The notes beneath the pieces were generated by a model. It made no database searches. It was not told the DNA's origin and saw nothing but the letters and a program-made list of their open reading frames with translations. From sequence record SRR2962707_898: 35,339 nucleotides of DNA; one strand, 5' to 3'. Both the position numbers and the translations under genes were made by a program. Positions within the stretch are counted from its first letter, which is position 1. Each line of letters starts with the position of its first letter. This document shows positions 8,537 to 18,908 of this stretch, one piece after another.

Positions 8537-9211
8537 ATGCCTGAGGTTATTTTCAACGGACCTGCCGGACGTTTAGAGGGTCGTTACCAACCCGCTGCTG
8601 ACAAAAACGCACCAATAGCGATGATTTTGCACCCGCATCCGCAATTTGGTGGCACCATGAACAATAAGATCATTTATGATCTGTTTTATATGTTCCAAAA
8701 GCGCGGCTTTACAACACTTCGATTTAATTTTCGCTCGATTGGCCGCAGCCAAGGCGAATTTGACCATGGCATTGGCGAATTGTCTGATGCAGCAAGCGCC
8801 CTTGATTGGGTTCAGTCACTGCATCCAGAATCAAAAGCCTGCTGGGTCGCTGGCTATTCTTTCGGTGCGTGGATCGGCATGCAATTGCTAATGCGCCGCC
8901 CAGAGATTGAAGGCTTTTTGTCAATCGCGCCGCAGCCAAACACCTATGACTTTGCGTTCCTCGCGCCGTGCCCCTCTTCTGGCCTGATTATTCATGGCTC
9001 TGAAGACCGCGTCGCACCGCCAACAGCCGTTCAAGGTTTGGTCGACAAGCTGCATCTTCAAAAAGGTATTCTCATCACACAGAAAACCATGCAGGGCGCA
9101 AACCACTTCTTCCAAGGGCAGGAAGAAGAATTGCTAGACAATTGTGCCGATTATCTCGACGCACGTCTGCGCGGCGAATTGGTGCCAGAGGTCATCAAGA
9201 AACTACGCTAA
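8537..9211 (+). CDS. Alpha/beta-fold hydrolase divergent from the suf cluster
   Basis: HPHPQFGGTM, nucleophile elbow GYSFG, Asp in HGSED, His in GANHFF. Start reassigned to the ATG at 8537 (GGAGA upstream). The extension to 8300 overlaps the desulfurase and is spurious. Confidence 0.9.
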   Translation: MPEVIFNGPAGRLEGRYQPAADKNAPIAMILHPHPQFGGTMNNKIIYDLFYMFQKRGFTTLRFNFRSIGRSQGEFDHGIGELSDAASALDWVQSLHPESKACWVAGYSFGAWIGMQLLMRRPEIEGFLSIAPQPNTYDFAFLAPCPSSGLIIHGSEDRVAPPTAVQGLVDKLHLQKGILITQKTMQGANHFFQGQEEELLDNCADYLDARLRGELVPEVIKKLR

Positions 9212-9227
9212 TAATATTGGCTGCGCG

Positions 9228-10355
9228 TTACCTGTTAGCGTGCGCCAAAACACCACCGCTGACGGGCTGATCACAGCCCGTTGTGCTTGGATAGGTAAGC
9301 GCCAGACCTTTAAGCGAGCGCACGGCCAGATAGGCCCATGCTTCCGCCTCCATCATATCGGCGTTAAACCCCAGCTGGTCAGCCGTCGTTACATCGACAT
9401 TTGAGCCAAGGGATTCCTGCAAGAATTTAAAAATAGCTGCATTTTTTGCGCCGCCGCCCGATAAAATTAGCGTTTTAGGCATTTGCGGCAAATCGGTCGC
9501 AGATTTCGCAATACAAAGCGCAGACAACTTTGCCAGCGTTGCGGCACCATCATTGAGTGCTAATCCCTCAATTGGACCGAGCGTAAAATCATTGCGATCA
9601 AGCGACTTTGGACCTGCTTTCGAGAAAAATGGTGCCTGCATATATTTGGCGATAATCGCATCATCAGCGATACCGTCTAAAGCCAAAGCGCCGCCATCAT
9701 CAAAGCGCAGATCAGCTTTGCTGTTGACCCATTGATCAATGAGCGCATTGCCCGGCCCGCAATCAAGCGCCACCGGATCAACGCCATAAAAAACAAAAGT
9801 GGCGTTTGAAATACCGCCAATATTGATAAATCCGATGCCGCCACTGCGCATTTCATCGCTTAAAGTCGCGGCCAGCGCTTGATGATAGACTGGCACCAAA
9901 GGCGCACCCTGCCCGCCATGCACCATATCATTGGCGCGCATGTCGTAAACCACATCAATGCCAAGATCGTCAGCCAGCGCCTGACCGTCGCCCAATTGCA
10001 CCGTAAAGCCGAGATCGGGGCGATGCAGCACGGTCTGACCATGAAAACCAATGATATCTATATCGGTCGCATTTAAGCCTTCAGCCTTTAAAAATGCCTG
10101 TACGGCTTCACAATGTTTGTCAGTAAGCGCGATTTCTAGCGCGGCGAGTGCCGCAGGCCTTTCATCGCGTGATGCCAAATTTTTGGCAACTGTCAGCGCC
10201 GATGCAATTTCATTGGCAAACTCATCATCATAGGAAATGCTCATGGATGCGAGCGGCTTCACGATGCTTTTTCCATCAGTTTCAATCAGCGCCAGATCAA
10301 TGCCATCCATTGACGTGCCACTCATCAAACCAATTGCGCGTAAAGTCTGTTTCAT
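9228..10355 (-). CDS. anmK: Anhydro-N-acetylmuramic acid kinase
   Basis: IGLMSGTSMDGID, GFHGQTV, GGQGAPLVP, NIGGISN, DCGPGNALID and EAEAWAYLA motifs. Confidence 0.96.
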   Translation of the reverse strand: MKQTLRAIGLMSGTSMDGIDLALIETDGKSIVKPLASMSISYDDEFANEIASALTVAKNLASRDERPAALAALEIALTDKHCEAVQAFLKAEGLNATDIDIIGFHGQTVLHRPDLGFTVQLGDGQALADDLGIDVVYDMRANDMVHGGQGAPLVPVYHQALAATLSDEMRSGGIGFINIGGISNATFVFYGVDPVALDCGPGNALIDQWVNSKADLRFDDGGALALDGIADDAIIAKYMQAPFFSKAGPKSLDRNDFTLGPIEGLALNDGAATLAKLSALCIAKSATDLPQMPKTLILSGGGAKNAAIFKFLQESLGSNVDVTTADQLGFNADMMEAEAWAYLAVRSLKGLALTYPSTTGCDQPVSGGVLAHANR

Positions 10356-10359
10356 AACA

Positions 10360-10388
10360 ATTGCCTTTTTGCCAAGCGAAGTCTATTT
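10360..10388 (+). promoter_or_regulatory. Putative sigma70 promoter of tyrS
   Basis: ATTGCC-N17-CTATTT resembles the rhizobial RpoD consensus CTTGAC-N17-CTATAT. Confidence 0.35.
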
Positions 10389-10460
10389 CAGGCGCAGCAA
10401 CGCGCCAACCGGCGAAAAATTCAATTTTTAAACCAAAAGCCTTACGGAAAATAAAACATC

Positions 10461-11711
10461 ATGTCTGCTTTCAAGTCCGACTTTATGAATATTATGCAAG
10501 AACGTGGTTTCATCCACCAATGCTCAGATGAAAAAGGTCTGGACGCTCTGGCGGCCAAGAATGAAGTTGTTGCTTATGTCGGCTATGATTGTACGGCAAA
10601 ATCACTCCATATCGGCAATTATCTCACCATGATGATGCTGCATTGGCTGCAAGAAAGCGGCAACAAGCCAATTACCCTCCTTGGCGGCGGCACAACCATG
10701 GTTGGCGATCCTTCAGGCAAGGATGAAACCCGAGCCATGCGCACAATTGAAGAAATTGAAGGCAACAAAGCCTCCATCAAGGGCGTTTTCTCGCGCGTTA
10801 TAAAATACGGCGAAGGCAAATCTGATGGCATTCTGGCTGATAATGCCGACTGGCTTCTGGGCCTTGGCTATATTGATATGCTGCGCGATGTTGGTCGCCA
10901 CTTCTCAGTCAACCGCATGTTGTCGATGGATTCTGTGCGCCTGCGTCTCGAGCGTGAGCAAGAAATGAGCTTTATCGAGTTCAACTACATGGTTTGCCAA
11001 TCCTACGACTATGTTGAGCTGTCACGCCGCTACGGTGTCAATTTGCAGATGGGCGGTTCAGACCAGTGGGGCAATATCGTCAATGGTCTTGATCTTGGCC
11101 GCCGCATGGGCACGCCGCAACTCTACGCTTTGACAACACCGCTGCTGACAACATCATCAGGCGCGAAAATGGGTAAAACAGCGCAAGGCGCAGTTTGGCT
11201 CAATGGCGACATGTTCTCACCTTGGGATTTCTGGCAATATTGGCGCAACACCGAAGATGGTGATGTCGTCAAATTCCTTAAGCTTTTCACTGTTCTGCCG
11301 ATGGATGAAATCAATCGGTTGGCAGCGCTTGAAGGCGCGGAAATCAATGAGGCCAAGAAAGTCCTAGCGACCGAAGCGACAGCTTTATTGCATGGACGCG
11401 CTGCAGCCGCAGAAGCAGAAGAAACAGCCCGCCAAACATTCGAGGAAGGTGGAACTGCCGCAACACTGCCAACCATTGAAGTATCTGCCGCAGAACTTCA
11501 CGACGGTATCGGCGTTCTGGCTGCTTTCGTCATGGCTGATCTTGCTGCGTCCAATGGCGAAGCACGTCGTCATATGAAAGGCGGTGCGCTAAAGGTGAAC
11601 GATAAGCCCGAAACCGATGACAAAGCGTCAATCAATGACAGTGATTTGGTAGACGGGGCGATTAAGCTATCCGTTGGTAAGAAGCGCCACGTCCTCATCA
11701 AACCGGTCTAA
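10461..11711 (+). CDS. tyrS: Tyrosine--tRNA ligase
   Basis: [15 protein letters not shown] (HIGH), [16 protein letters not shown] (KMSKS), and a C-terminal S4-like domain. Confidence 0.97.
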   Translation: MSAFKSDFMNIMQERGFIHQCSDEKGLDALAAKNEVVAYVGYDCTAKSLHIGNYLTMMMLHWLQESGNKPITLLGGGTTMVGDPSGKDETRAMRTIEEIEGNKASIKGVFSRVIKYGEGKSDGILADNADWLLGLGYIDMLRDVGRHFSVNRMLSMDSVRLRLEREQEMSFIEFNYMVCQSYDYVELSRRYGVNLQMGGSDQWGNIVNGLDLGRRMGTPQLYALTTPLLTTSSGAKMGKTAQGAVWLNGDMFSPWDFWQYWRNTEDGDVVKFLKLFTVLPMDEINRLAALEGAEINEAKKVLATEATALLHGRAAAAEAEETARQTFEEGGTAATLPTIEVSAAELHDGIGVLAAFVMADLAASNGEARRHMKGGALKVNDKPETDDKASINDSDLVDGAIKLSVGKKRHVLIKPV

Positions 11712-11724
11712 GGACAACGAAGCC

Positions 11725-14700
11725 CTATCTAAATTCAAAAATTGAGCGGAAGATACCAGGTGCGATGATCGATAGCGGATTAACCGTGACGGTCGGACTA
11801 TCAAAACTTCCGCTCAATTTAAAAGTCACACCGATAAGACCACGGTCGCGGCCGTTGCCGAGCAAAAGACCGACAATGGGTATCTTTGCAAATAGACTGT
11901 TCAAACCATAGGCAGGCAAAAATGTGCCTGTGAGCCGCGTTTCATTTTTTGAATTAAAAACCATACCTTGAATAGTGAAGCCCGCAAGCGGTCCGCGCGC
12001 AACCGCTTCTGTGATATCCAAACGCCCCGGCCTGAACGCCAGCTTGCTTGATGCCTTCTCAAACTTTACTTCCCGCGTATCGATTTTCTTTTTGACCGCC
12101 TGCTCCAAACTCTGTGAACCAGACTCTTTAGATTGTACTAATTGCGCCAATTTGGGCTCATTGAAAACTCTAAAATCGTCGAGAACAGCTGTCCCCGATA
12201 AAACATTACCCGCAGAACCTTTAAGTGAAACCGTCAATTTACCACCGCGCACATTCGTATAGATATCGCCAAAGCGCAGGAACTCTCCTGCAGCCAAGGC
12301 TTCCATGGCAATTTTCCGGTCAGAGCCCGCGCCATCGAGATTAAGCTGAACGGGAAAGCCCGATTTGGTGTTGCCCTTCAACGAAAAGCGCGTCACTGTT
12401 CCGTTGCGCACTTGCAATTCAACCACAGCTTTACTGATGGTTTCGCCGTGAAATCCCGTTAGCTTATCGACCTTCGCCGTAAGGTCCACCGGCGTTGAAC
12501 CTGATGTGCCTTGCTCATTACGTGCTTCGGTGCGTGCGTGGCGAATGATCGCCCGCACATCCATTGATTTACCGTCGATGTTGACTTGGTAGCCCTTACC
12601 AGCGCGTTTTAAAGTCAGCGCAAAACTATCCCCATCGTTAAGCTTCACATTTGGCAAACGAGCCGATTTCAAGCCTTGTGAATCAATATTAAAGTCACCG
12701 CTGGCCGCAAAGGACTGACCTGTTAATTTGAAATCTGACAATGTAATCGCCGAACCAGATTGCTGCATATTGAAGGTTGCTTTTGAAGCTATGCCCTTAC
12801 CTTTTGCCCAGCCAATCCAAGGCAGGCTCAGTTCTGCCGGCGTTAAATCCACTGCGATTATATTGCTAGAACCGACGGTATCCACATTTGCAATCGTAAG
12901 GCCGGATAGAATTGTCTCCAAACCCGGCGCTACTTGCTCACGGTCTTTATCGTTGAGCTTAAGCACAATTTCGCGTTCAGCCTTCACGCCGGAATCGCCA
13001 AATGGCAGAACCATTTTTATCTGCGCTGGAAGCCCATCAACATTGCCGTCTAAATTGATGATTGCGCGCTCGGTGTTTGCTTGAATGTTTCCATCCAACC
13101 CGTCCAAATTGCGCCCTTCAAACTCTGCTTTGCTGCCGCCGTTCTTAACATTCAGATCAACGGACCAGTCAGGTTCTTGCTCACTAAAATTGCCATTAAG
13201 TGAAAATTTCACCGAGACGCGCCCATCAATATCACCTTCTAAATCGCTCGCGTTAAAAGGATAAAACCGATCAGCATTGATCGGGGCAAAGCTTATGAGT
13301 TCACCGATCGCATCTGCATAGCCGGACACACCAATATCAAGATCAGCCTGAATAAGGCCGGTTTCTGGATCAGATTGAGGAATAATGAGCGTCGCATCTT
13401 TCGCTTCGGCCGTCTTGCCACTTGGAAGATAGAGCGTGCCTTTGGACAGTGTAATGGTCGTTACGCCATCGGCGTAGCTAATCCGTCCATCGGCATCACG
13501 AACAGGCGGTATCTCACCCGTTACATCAAAGCGAACCCCTTCGACATTAAGATCAACTTTGGTTGCGCCGGTAAATTCAAAATCCGTACCATCAATGCGC
13601 CGCCTGAGCGGTTCTGCAATATTAAAAGTGCCGTTAACAACGCGCCCGCCAGCCAAATTATCCAGCACCCAACGCCGCGCGCTGCGTGCAACCGGCGCTG
13701 GCCAAAACTGTTTAACGCCCCTGATGGTCATGTCTGAAATGAACACGTCAAAAATAGCGGTCTGGTATTCGCCTTTTAGCGAAAATTCACCTTGGCCAGA
13801 GGCGGCGCCATTATCTGAATCAATTTGGATCGTGGAAAATTGAATAATTTGATCGTCTATCTTGCCAATACCTCTCATCCGGGCAGCAAAACGGACAGGC
13901 ACTGTCGGCGCGTCTGAGGCAATTGCTGTCCCGCGATTTGCTAGAATATCAAATTCATAGGTATTTTTGCCTGCAACATTATAAGCATCGCGTACGCGGC
14001 CATTAAGAACAAAACTCGATTTGCCGATTTGCCAGAAGGACCGCTGAAGGGTCAGCGCCTTTGTCGCAAAATCACTCGTAATGGCCAATTGGCCCGTAGC
14101 AGGGACAAAATCTCCTGCGTCCAATTTGAAGGCCATATTCTGCGGAACGATATTTATCCTGATGTAATCATTGGATGAACCGCCGCTATATTCAAACTCC
14201 AGCGCTGTATCGCCAAGCAGCGGCGTGTGGCGCATATCGGGAATATGATCCAGCGGATCATCTGAAACAAGCGTTTGCAGCCGCCGCCAAGGAAGCGGAA
14301 GGCCCTCACTTTGAATTGAAAAATTGAGTTTTTCGACCCCTTCATCTTCCTCAGTGAGCAATACCTCGCCGTAGAGCGGCACTTCATAACCATCAGCGAA
14401 AATAGTGCCGGTAAAAACCGCTTTGCCATTTTGCGAGGTAACCTCAAAGGATTGAACAGCAATGACATTTGAATAATCATTTTCTGGCAGTTTAAACTCA
14501 ACGTCTTCCAGACGAATAGCAAGCGGGTCTTTTCGAGACAGGAACTCCCCGCCGTTCTTGATTATTTGTGATGAAAAATCGTTCAAATATTGCTGCAGTT
14601 GATCGATCTGGAGTTCGGGCAATTCGCCACCCTCACCGCCAGCGACGTCAAAGTGCATACCGCTTAGCTTTAGACTAGAAAACTCAACTTTATCACCCGT

Positions 14701-15129
14701 CAAAGACGATGGCTTTATCGCGAGGGTAACTTTATCTGCCCGCACAAACTGGGTGCCATCGCTGCGAAAAACAGATACATCTTTATAAGTGACACCCAAA
14801 CTCAGCGGCCAAAATAGACGCACCTGAGTATCACCCAATTGTGCGGTCATATCTTTTGGCAAAGCGCCCAAAAATGCTTTCTGTGCTGGTTCTTGCAAAA
14901 ATGGTGTCAGATTACCGCTCGCAATTAACGCACCAATTGCCAGTACACAGACGACGAGAAAAATGAGACCTGCCGCTATACATCGCTTTACGACCAAATG
15001 GGCTGGTGCCCAAATTGGCGCGTGAACAGGTCCGCTATGGCTATGTGACGGCAAAGAACGCAGCCGCTCTTCAGCCTCGCTACGTAACCATTTTGCTCGC
15101 TGTTTATCTTTTCTCAATCCGAACACCAA
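11725..15129 (-). CDS. Large AsmA-like/YhdP-family (DUF3971) envelope protein
   Basis: 1134 aa with one N-terminal TM segment, a long beta-rich body, FWPAPVARSARRWV, and an AsmA_2-like C-terminus (GTFLPAYGLNSLFAKIP...GLIGVTF...VNPLSIIAPGIFR). Confidence 0.82.
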   Translation of the reverse strand: MVFGLRKDKQRAKWLRSEAEERLRSLPSHSHSGPVHAPIWAPAHLVVKRCIAAGLIFLVVCVLAIGALIASGNLTPFLQEPAQKAFLGALPKDMTAQLGDTQVRLFWPLSLGVTYKDVSVFRSDGTQFVRADKVTLAIKPSSLTGDKVEFSSLKLSGMHFDVAGGEGGELPELQIDQLQQYLNDFSSQIIKNGGEFLSRKDPLAIRLEDVEFKLPENDYSNVIAVQSFEVTSQNGKAVFTGTIFADGYEVPLYGEVLLTEEDEGVEKLNFSIQSEGLPLPWRRLQTLVSDDPLDHIPDMRHTPLLGDTALEFEYSGGSSNDYIRINIVPQNMAFKLDAGDFVPATGQLAITSDFATKALTLQRSFWQIGKSSFVLNGRVRDAYNVAGKNTYEFDILANRGTAIASDAPTVPVRFAARMRGIGKIDDQIIQFSTIQIDSDNGAASGQGEFSLKGEYQTAIFDVFISDMTIRGVKQFWPAPVARSARRWVLDNLAGGRVVNGTFNIAEPLRRRIDGTDFEFTGATKVDLNVEGVRFDVTGEIPPVRDADGRISYADGVTTITLSKGTLYLPSGKTAEAKDATLIIPQSDPETGLIQADLDIGVSGYADAIGELISFAPINADRFYPFNASDLEGDIDGRVSVKFSLNGNFSEQEPDWSVDLNVKNGGSKAEFEGRNLDGLDGNIQANTERAIINLDGNVDGLPAQIKMVLPFGDSGVKAEREIVLKLNDKDREQVAPGLETILSGLTIANVDTVGSSNIIAVDLTPAELSLPWIGWAKGKGIASKATFNMQQSGSAITLSDFKLTGQSFAASGDFNIDSQGLKSARLPNVKLNDGDSFALTLKRAGKGYQVNIDGKSMDVRAIIRHARTEARNEQGTSGSTPVDLTAKVDKLTGFHGETISKAVVELQVRNGTVTRFSLKGNTKSGFPVQLNLDGAGSDRKIAMEALAAGEFLRFGDIYTNVRGGKLTVSLKGSAGNVLSGTAVLDDFRVFNEPKLAQLVQSKESGSQSLEQAVKKKIDTREVKFEKASSKLAFRPGRLDITEAVARGPLAGFTIQGMVFNSKNETRLTGTFLPAYGLNSLFAKIPIVGLLLGNGRDRGLIGVTFKLSGSFDSPTVTVNPLSIIAPGIFRSIFEFR

Positions 15130-15250
15130 ATGAAGGGAAAACTACCCAGCAACCAAAAGAATCGCTAAAGACCGTTCATCACAAAACCATATATCCATAA
15201 GATATATATTGCTGACAAAAATGAAGAAGTCCAAACCCGAGGAGAGCATC

Positions 15251-15727
15251 ATGAGCCTACCTGAAATTGGGTCTACAGCGCCTGAAATCGAACTACAAGC
15301 CGATGGCGGCGATACTGTGGCGATCAGCGCTTTGCGCGGCAAACAAATCGTCCTTTATTTTTACCCCAAAGACGACACGAGCGGCTGCACCACAGAAGCG
15401 CTAGATTTTTCAAGCCTACTGACTGAATTTGAAAAGCAAAACACGGTGATCTTAGGCGTTTCGCCAGACGGTGTCGCGAAGCATGAAAAATTCAAGAAAA
15501 AGCATGATCTGACCGTGCGTTTACTCGCCGACGAAGACAATTCAGCAGCTACGGCCTATGGCGTTTGGGCTGAAAAAAGCATGTATGGCAAAACCTATAT
15601 GGGCATCGTTCGTTCGACTTTCCTTATTGATAAGGAAGGAAAAATTGCTGAAACATGGACGAAGGTGAAAGTGAAGGAACACGCACATGCCGTCCTAGAG
15701 GCCGCACGTCAGCTAAACGCCAAATAA
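15251..15727 (+). CDS. bcp: Peroxiredoxin Q / bacterioferritin comigratory protein
   Basis: YFYPKDDTSGCTTEA peroxidatic motif and RSTFLID. ATG at 15251 follows GGAGAG. Confidence 0.93.
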   Translation: MSLPEIGSTAPEIELQADGGDTVAISALRGKQIVLYFYPKDDTSGCTTEALDFSSLLTEFEKQNTVILGVSPDGVAKHEKFKKKHDLTVRLLADEDNSAATAYGVWAEKSMYGKTYMGIVRSTFLIDKEGKIAETWTKVKVKEHAHAVLEAARQLNAK

Positions 15728-15826
15728 TGGGTCAAAAGTCCATTTCTTCGCACAAAAAAACGGAATATTAACCTTAACAAAGTCTAATCACCTCAAGTTA
15801 GAAGCGTGCTATTGAGGTGGGCAACC

Positions 15827-17068
15827 GTGCAAAGAACAACAAAATTCGGCAAAAAAAATGAGCCGCACATGATCATTTTTGCTCAAGGTCAAAATATTCG
15901 ACATTTTACGATCAGACCTTGGGTTGCCACACTTGCTGGAACGGTTTTGATGGCGATGGCCGTCGGTTATTTATTGAGCACATCATACCTCATTTTGCGC
16001 GATGACATTTTAAACTCCACAATTTCGCGCCAAGCAATGCTTCAACATGCGTATGAAGATCGCATTGCATCGCTGCGCGGCCAAGTGGACCGCATTACGT
16101 CCCATCGTCTGCTTGATCAGCAGTTCATGGAAAACAAAATTACTGAACTTGCGAGCAGGCAGGAACTTATTGCTAAGCGCTCTGACATGCTCGAACCGCT
16201 TCTGAACCGCGCAAAAACATTAGGTGTAAAACCGTCTGGCTCTGCAGAGCTACCAATACCGCAACTGCGCCCAACAAATGGCACCACAAAATCTGCATCA
16301 CTCATTGGCAGCGGTGTAGACCCAATCACGACGAGTTCAATCCGAGCGACAGAACCTGATGAGCTGCCAGCTATTTCAGTTCTTGCAGCTGTAAAAAATG
16401 AACTGACCGGCATCGAAAAAGTGCAATTGCAGCAGATAGCCGCCCTCGCAGATGCGACAATTGAAAAGAACAATCGCATTGTTGATGCAGCGCGCCGTGC
16501 CGGCCTGCCGATTAAAACTCAAGAAGTGGAAGGCGTGGGCGGTCCGTACATTCCAGCAGGTAGCGAGAACTCTAGCGAAATTTTCAACCGAGAGGTTAAA
16601 GAGTTCAATCTTGCCGTCACAATGTTAGAAAAAACGCGGTCTGAAGTGCAGTCTTTTCCTATTGCAAACCCAGCGCCAGGAAAATCAATCACCAGCAGCT
16701 TCGGCAATCGGCGTGATCCAATTTTAGGCGGCAGCGCATTTCACAGCGGGATTGATTTTAGAGCGCAAACAGGCTCAACCGTTCGCGCAACCGCAGCCGG
16801 AAAGGTCGTAAAAGCAGGACGCTTTGGTGGATATGGCAATATGGTCGAGATTCGCCATGCCAATGGTCTTACAACACGCTATGGCCATTTGAGCAAAATC
16901 TACGTAAAGTCTGGTCAAAGCGTGAGTGCGGGTGCGAAAATTGCAGCATCTGGCAACACTGGCCGTTCTACAGGCCCTCACCTTCACTATGAAGTACGCA
17001 CAAACAACAAAGCAATCAATCCGCTAAACTACATCAAAGCCGGTGCGCGCCTCAATAACCTGCTCTAA
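15827..17068 (+). CDS. Membrane-anchored M23 family peptidoglycan endopeptidase
   Basis: N-terminal TM, coiled coil, and a C-terminal LytM domain with HSGID (HxxxD) and STGPHLHYEV (HxH). GTG at 15827 follows GAGGTGG. Confidence 0.9.
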   Translation: MQRTTKFGKKNEPHMIIFAQGQNIRHFTIRPWVATLAGTVLMAMAVGYLLSTSYLILRDDILNSTISRQAMLQHAYEDRIASLRGQVDRITSHRLLDQQFMENKITELASRQELIAKRSDMLEPLLNRAKTLGVKPSGSAELPIPQLRPTNGTTKSASLIGSGVDPITTSSIRATEPDELPAISVLAAVKNELTGIEKVQLQQIAALADATIEKNNRIVDAARRAGLPIKTQEVEGVGGPYIPAGSENSSEIFNREVKEFNLAVTMLEKTRSEVQSFPIANPAPGKSITSSFGNRRDPILGGSAFHSGIDFRAQTGSTVRATAAGKVVKAGRFGGYGNMVEIRHANGLTTRYGHLSKIYVKSGQSVSAGAKIAASGNTGRSTGPHLHYEVRTNNKAINPLNYIKAGARLNNLL

Positions 17069-17072
17069 TCGC

Positions 17073-18854
17073 TCATAGTTGAGGCATCGCGGCATCCATG
17101 ATGCGCAACTGCACTGTCACTTGACCATTCCAATGGTTTTTACTCAGCGTACCGGCCACATGAATGGGCTGATCACGCCCTAAATTGAGCAATTTTCCAA
17201 TCTCATTGTCTGCCGCTCTAAAAGCGATGCCGTCAACTTGGCTGCCATCTTGCGCTTTTAAGCGCACTTTCAAATGTCCCTGCCCGACCGGTTTGATGAA
17301 TGAGACCAGATGATTGGGCAGAACAAAAACCGGTTCAGGGTTGCCTGCGCCAAAGGGGCCAGCTTTTTCAAGCAGTTCAATCAGGTGTAAATTAGCCCCT
17401 GCCGCCGACAAGGCACCATCAATTTTTTGAGTAGCCGAAGCCACAAGATCTTCAACCGCCGCCCCCGCCATCTCATCAAAATAAGCGCGCAGCGCGCCAA
17501 GCTTAGATTTTTCAACGGTAATGCCAGCGGCCATTGCATGCCCGCCGCCTTTAACAAGAAAACCCGCATCCACCGCACCGCGCACAATCTTACCAAGATC
17601 AAAGCCTGGAATAGAACGGCCAGAGCCTGTGCCTTTCCCATCGCGGCCAAGCGCAATTGCAAAGCTCGGTCTGCGTGTTGCATCTTTAAGGCGCGAGGCT
17701 ATGAGGCCGGCAATACCCGGATGCCAGTCTTCACTAGCCGTCACAATAATTGCGGGCGGCGATGCAGACTGCATTTCGCGCTCCGCTTCCGCCTTGGCTT
17801 CTTCCACCATCACCACTTCAATGGCTTGCCGCTCTGCATTGAGCAGATCAAGCTCTTTGGCGATATTGGTTGCCTGTGTCGCGTCCATCTCTGTTAGAAG
17901 CTTTGCGCCAAGCGACGCATCGCCAATGCGCCCGCCCGCATTAATGCGCGGCCCAATCAAAAAGCCAAAATGGAACGGGTTAATCGGCTCGCCAATACGC
18001 GAAACTGCCGCCAAAGCCGCAATGCCTGCATTTTCTTGAGCGCGGGCAACCACGAGCCCCCGCGCGACAAAGGCCCGATTAAGCCCAATCAGCGGCACGA
18101 CATCACACACGGTTGCAAGCGCAACCAAATCAAGCATTTTCATCAAACCTGGCAGATTTTTGCGCCCTGCTTCGCGCAGTTGACGCGAAGATTCCACGAG
18201 TGCCATAAAAACCACACCGCCCGCGCACAAATGCCCAAGGCCGGACAGATCATCTTCGCGGTTTGGATTGACCACAGCCGCGACAGCCGGAATATCGCCG
18301 CCTACCTGATGGTGGTCCAGAACAACGATATCGACACCTTGCCCATCAATGGCAGCAAAAGCTGCTGCGCTATTGGTTCCGCAATCCACAGTAATAATGA
18401 GATCACTGCGGCCAGCCAACGCTTTCATCGCATCAGGGTTCGGCCCATAACCTTCAAAGATACGATCTGGGATATAGATTTCGACGCTCAAACCAAAATG
18501 GTGCAAATAACGCGCCATCAACGCCGATGAACTCGCGCCATCGACATCATAATCGCCAAATATCGCTACAGTCTCTTGGCGCTCGATTGCTTTGTTAATG
18601 CGAGTAGCGAGCTTTTCCATATCCGTAATTGTGCGCGGATCAGGCATTAGTTCTTTAATGGTGGGATTAAGGAAACCGGCGACTTCATCGCGGTGCACAC
18701 CGCGCGCCGCCAAGACACGCGCCAAAAGATCGGGCACATCACTCGTCTGTGCAATATCCAGCGCAATATTCTTTTGAGGGCCTGATAGCCGCTCAACCCA
18801 GCGCCGACCACTGGCCGACGCTTCAATTCCTAGAAATGCACGTAAATTGCTCAT
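17073..18854 (-). CDS. recJ: Single-stranded-DNA-specific exonuclease RecJ
   Basis: GDYDVDG, ITVDCG, DHH, GPRINAGGR, GGGHAMAAG and PFGAGNPEP motifs. Confidence 0.97.
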   Translation of the reverse strand: MSNLRAFLGIEASASGRRWVERLSGPQKNIALDIAQTSDVPDLLARVLAARGVHRDEVAGFLNPTIKELMPDPRTITDMEKLATRINKAIERQETVAIFGDYDVDGASSSALMARYLHHFGLSVEIYIPDRIFEGYGPNPDAMKALAGRSDLIITVDCGTNSAAAFAAIDGQGVDIVVLDHHQVGGDIPAVAAVVNPNREDDLSGLGHLCAGGVVFMALVESSRQLREAGRKNLPGLMKMLDLVALATVCDVVPLIGLNRAFVARGLVVARAQENAGIAALAAVSRIGEPINPFHFGFLIGPRINAGGRIGDASLGAKLLTEMDATQATNIAKELDLLNAERQAIEVVMVEEAKAEAEREMQSASPPAIIVTASEDWHPGIAGLIASRLKDATRRPSFAIALGRDGKGTGSGRSIPGFDLGKIVRGAVDAGFLVKGGGHAMAAGITVEKSKLGALRAYFDEMAGAAVEDLVASATQKIDGALSAAGANLHLIELLEKAGPFGAGNPEPVFVLPNHLVSFIKPVGQGHLKVRLKAQDGSQVDGIAFRAADNEIGKLLNLGRDQPIHVAGTLSKNHWNGQVTVQLRIMDAAMPQL

Positions 18855-18908
18855 AGCGCGTTTTCCGCGCTACAAGGCCTTACGTCAAGAACAGACTTTG
18901 CTGATCTG

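Noticed and set aside
10390-10460. T-box or anticodon mimic in the tyrS leader
   Set aside because: The leader is too short for a T-box. The only hairpin (CGCC-AACC-GGCG) has no Tyr anticodon.
17381-18777. Several long antisense or alternate-frame ORFs over recJ, and similar ones over sufB/C/D, parE and thrS
   Set aside because: These are shadow ORFs arising from the codon bias of conserved genes, with no motifs or RBS.
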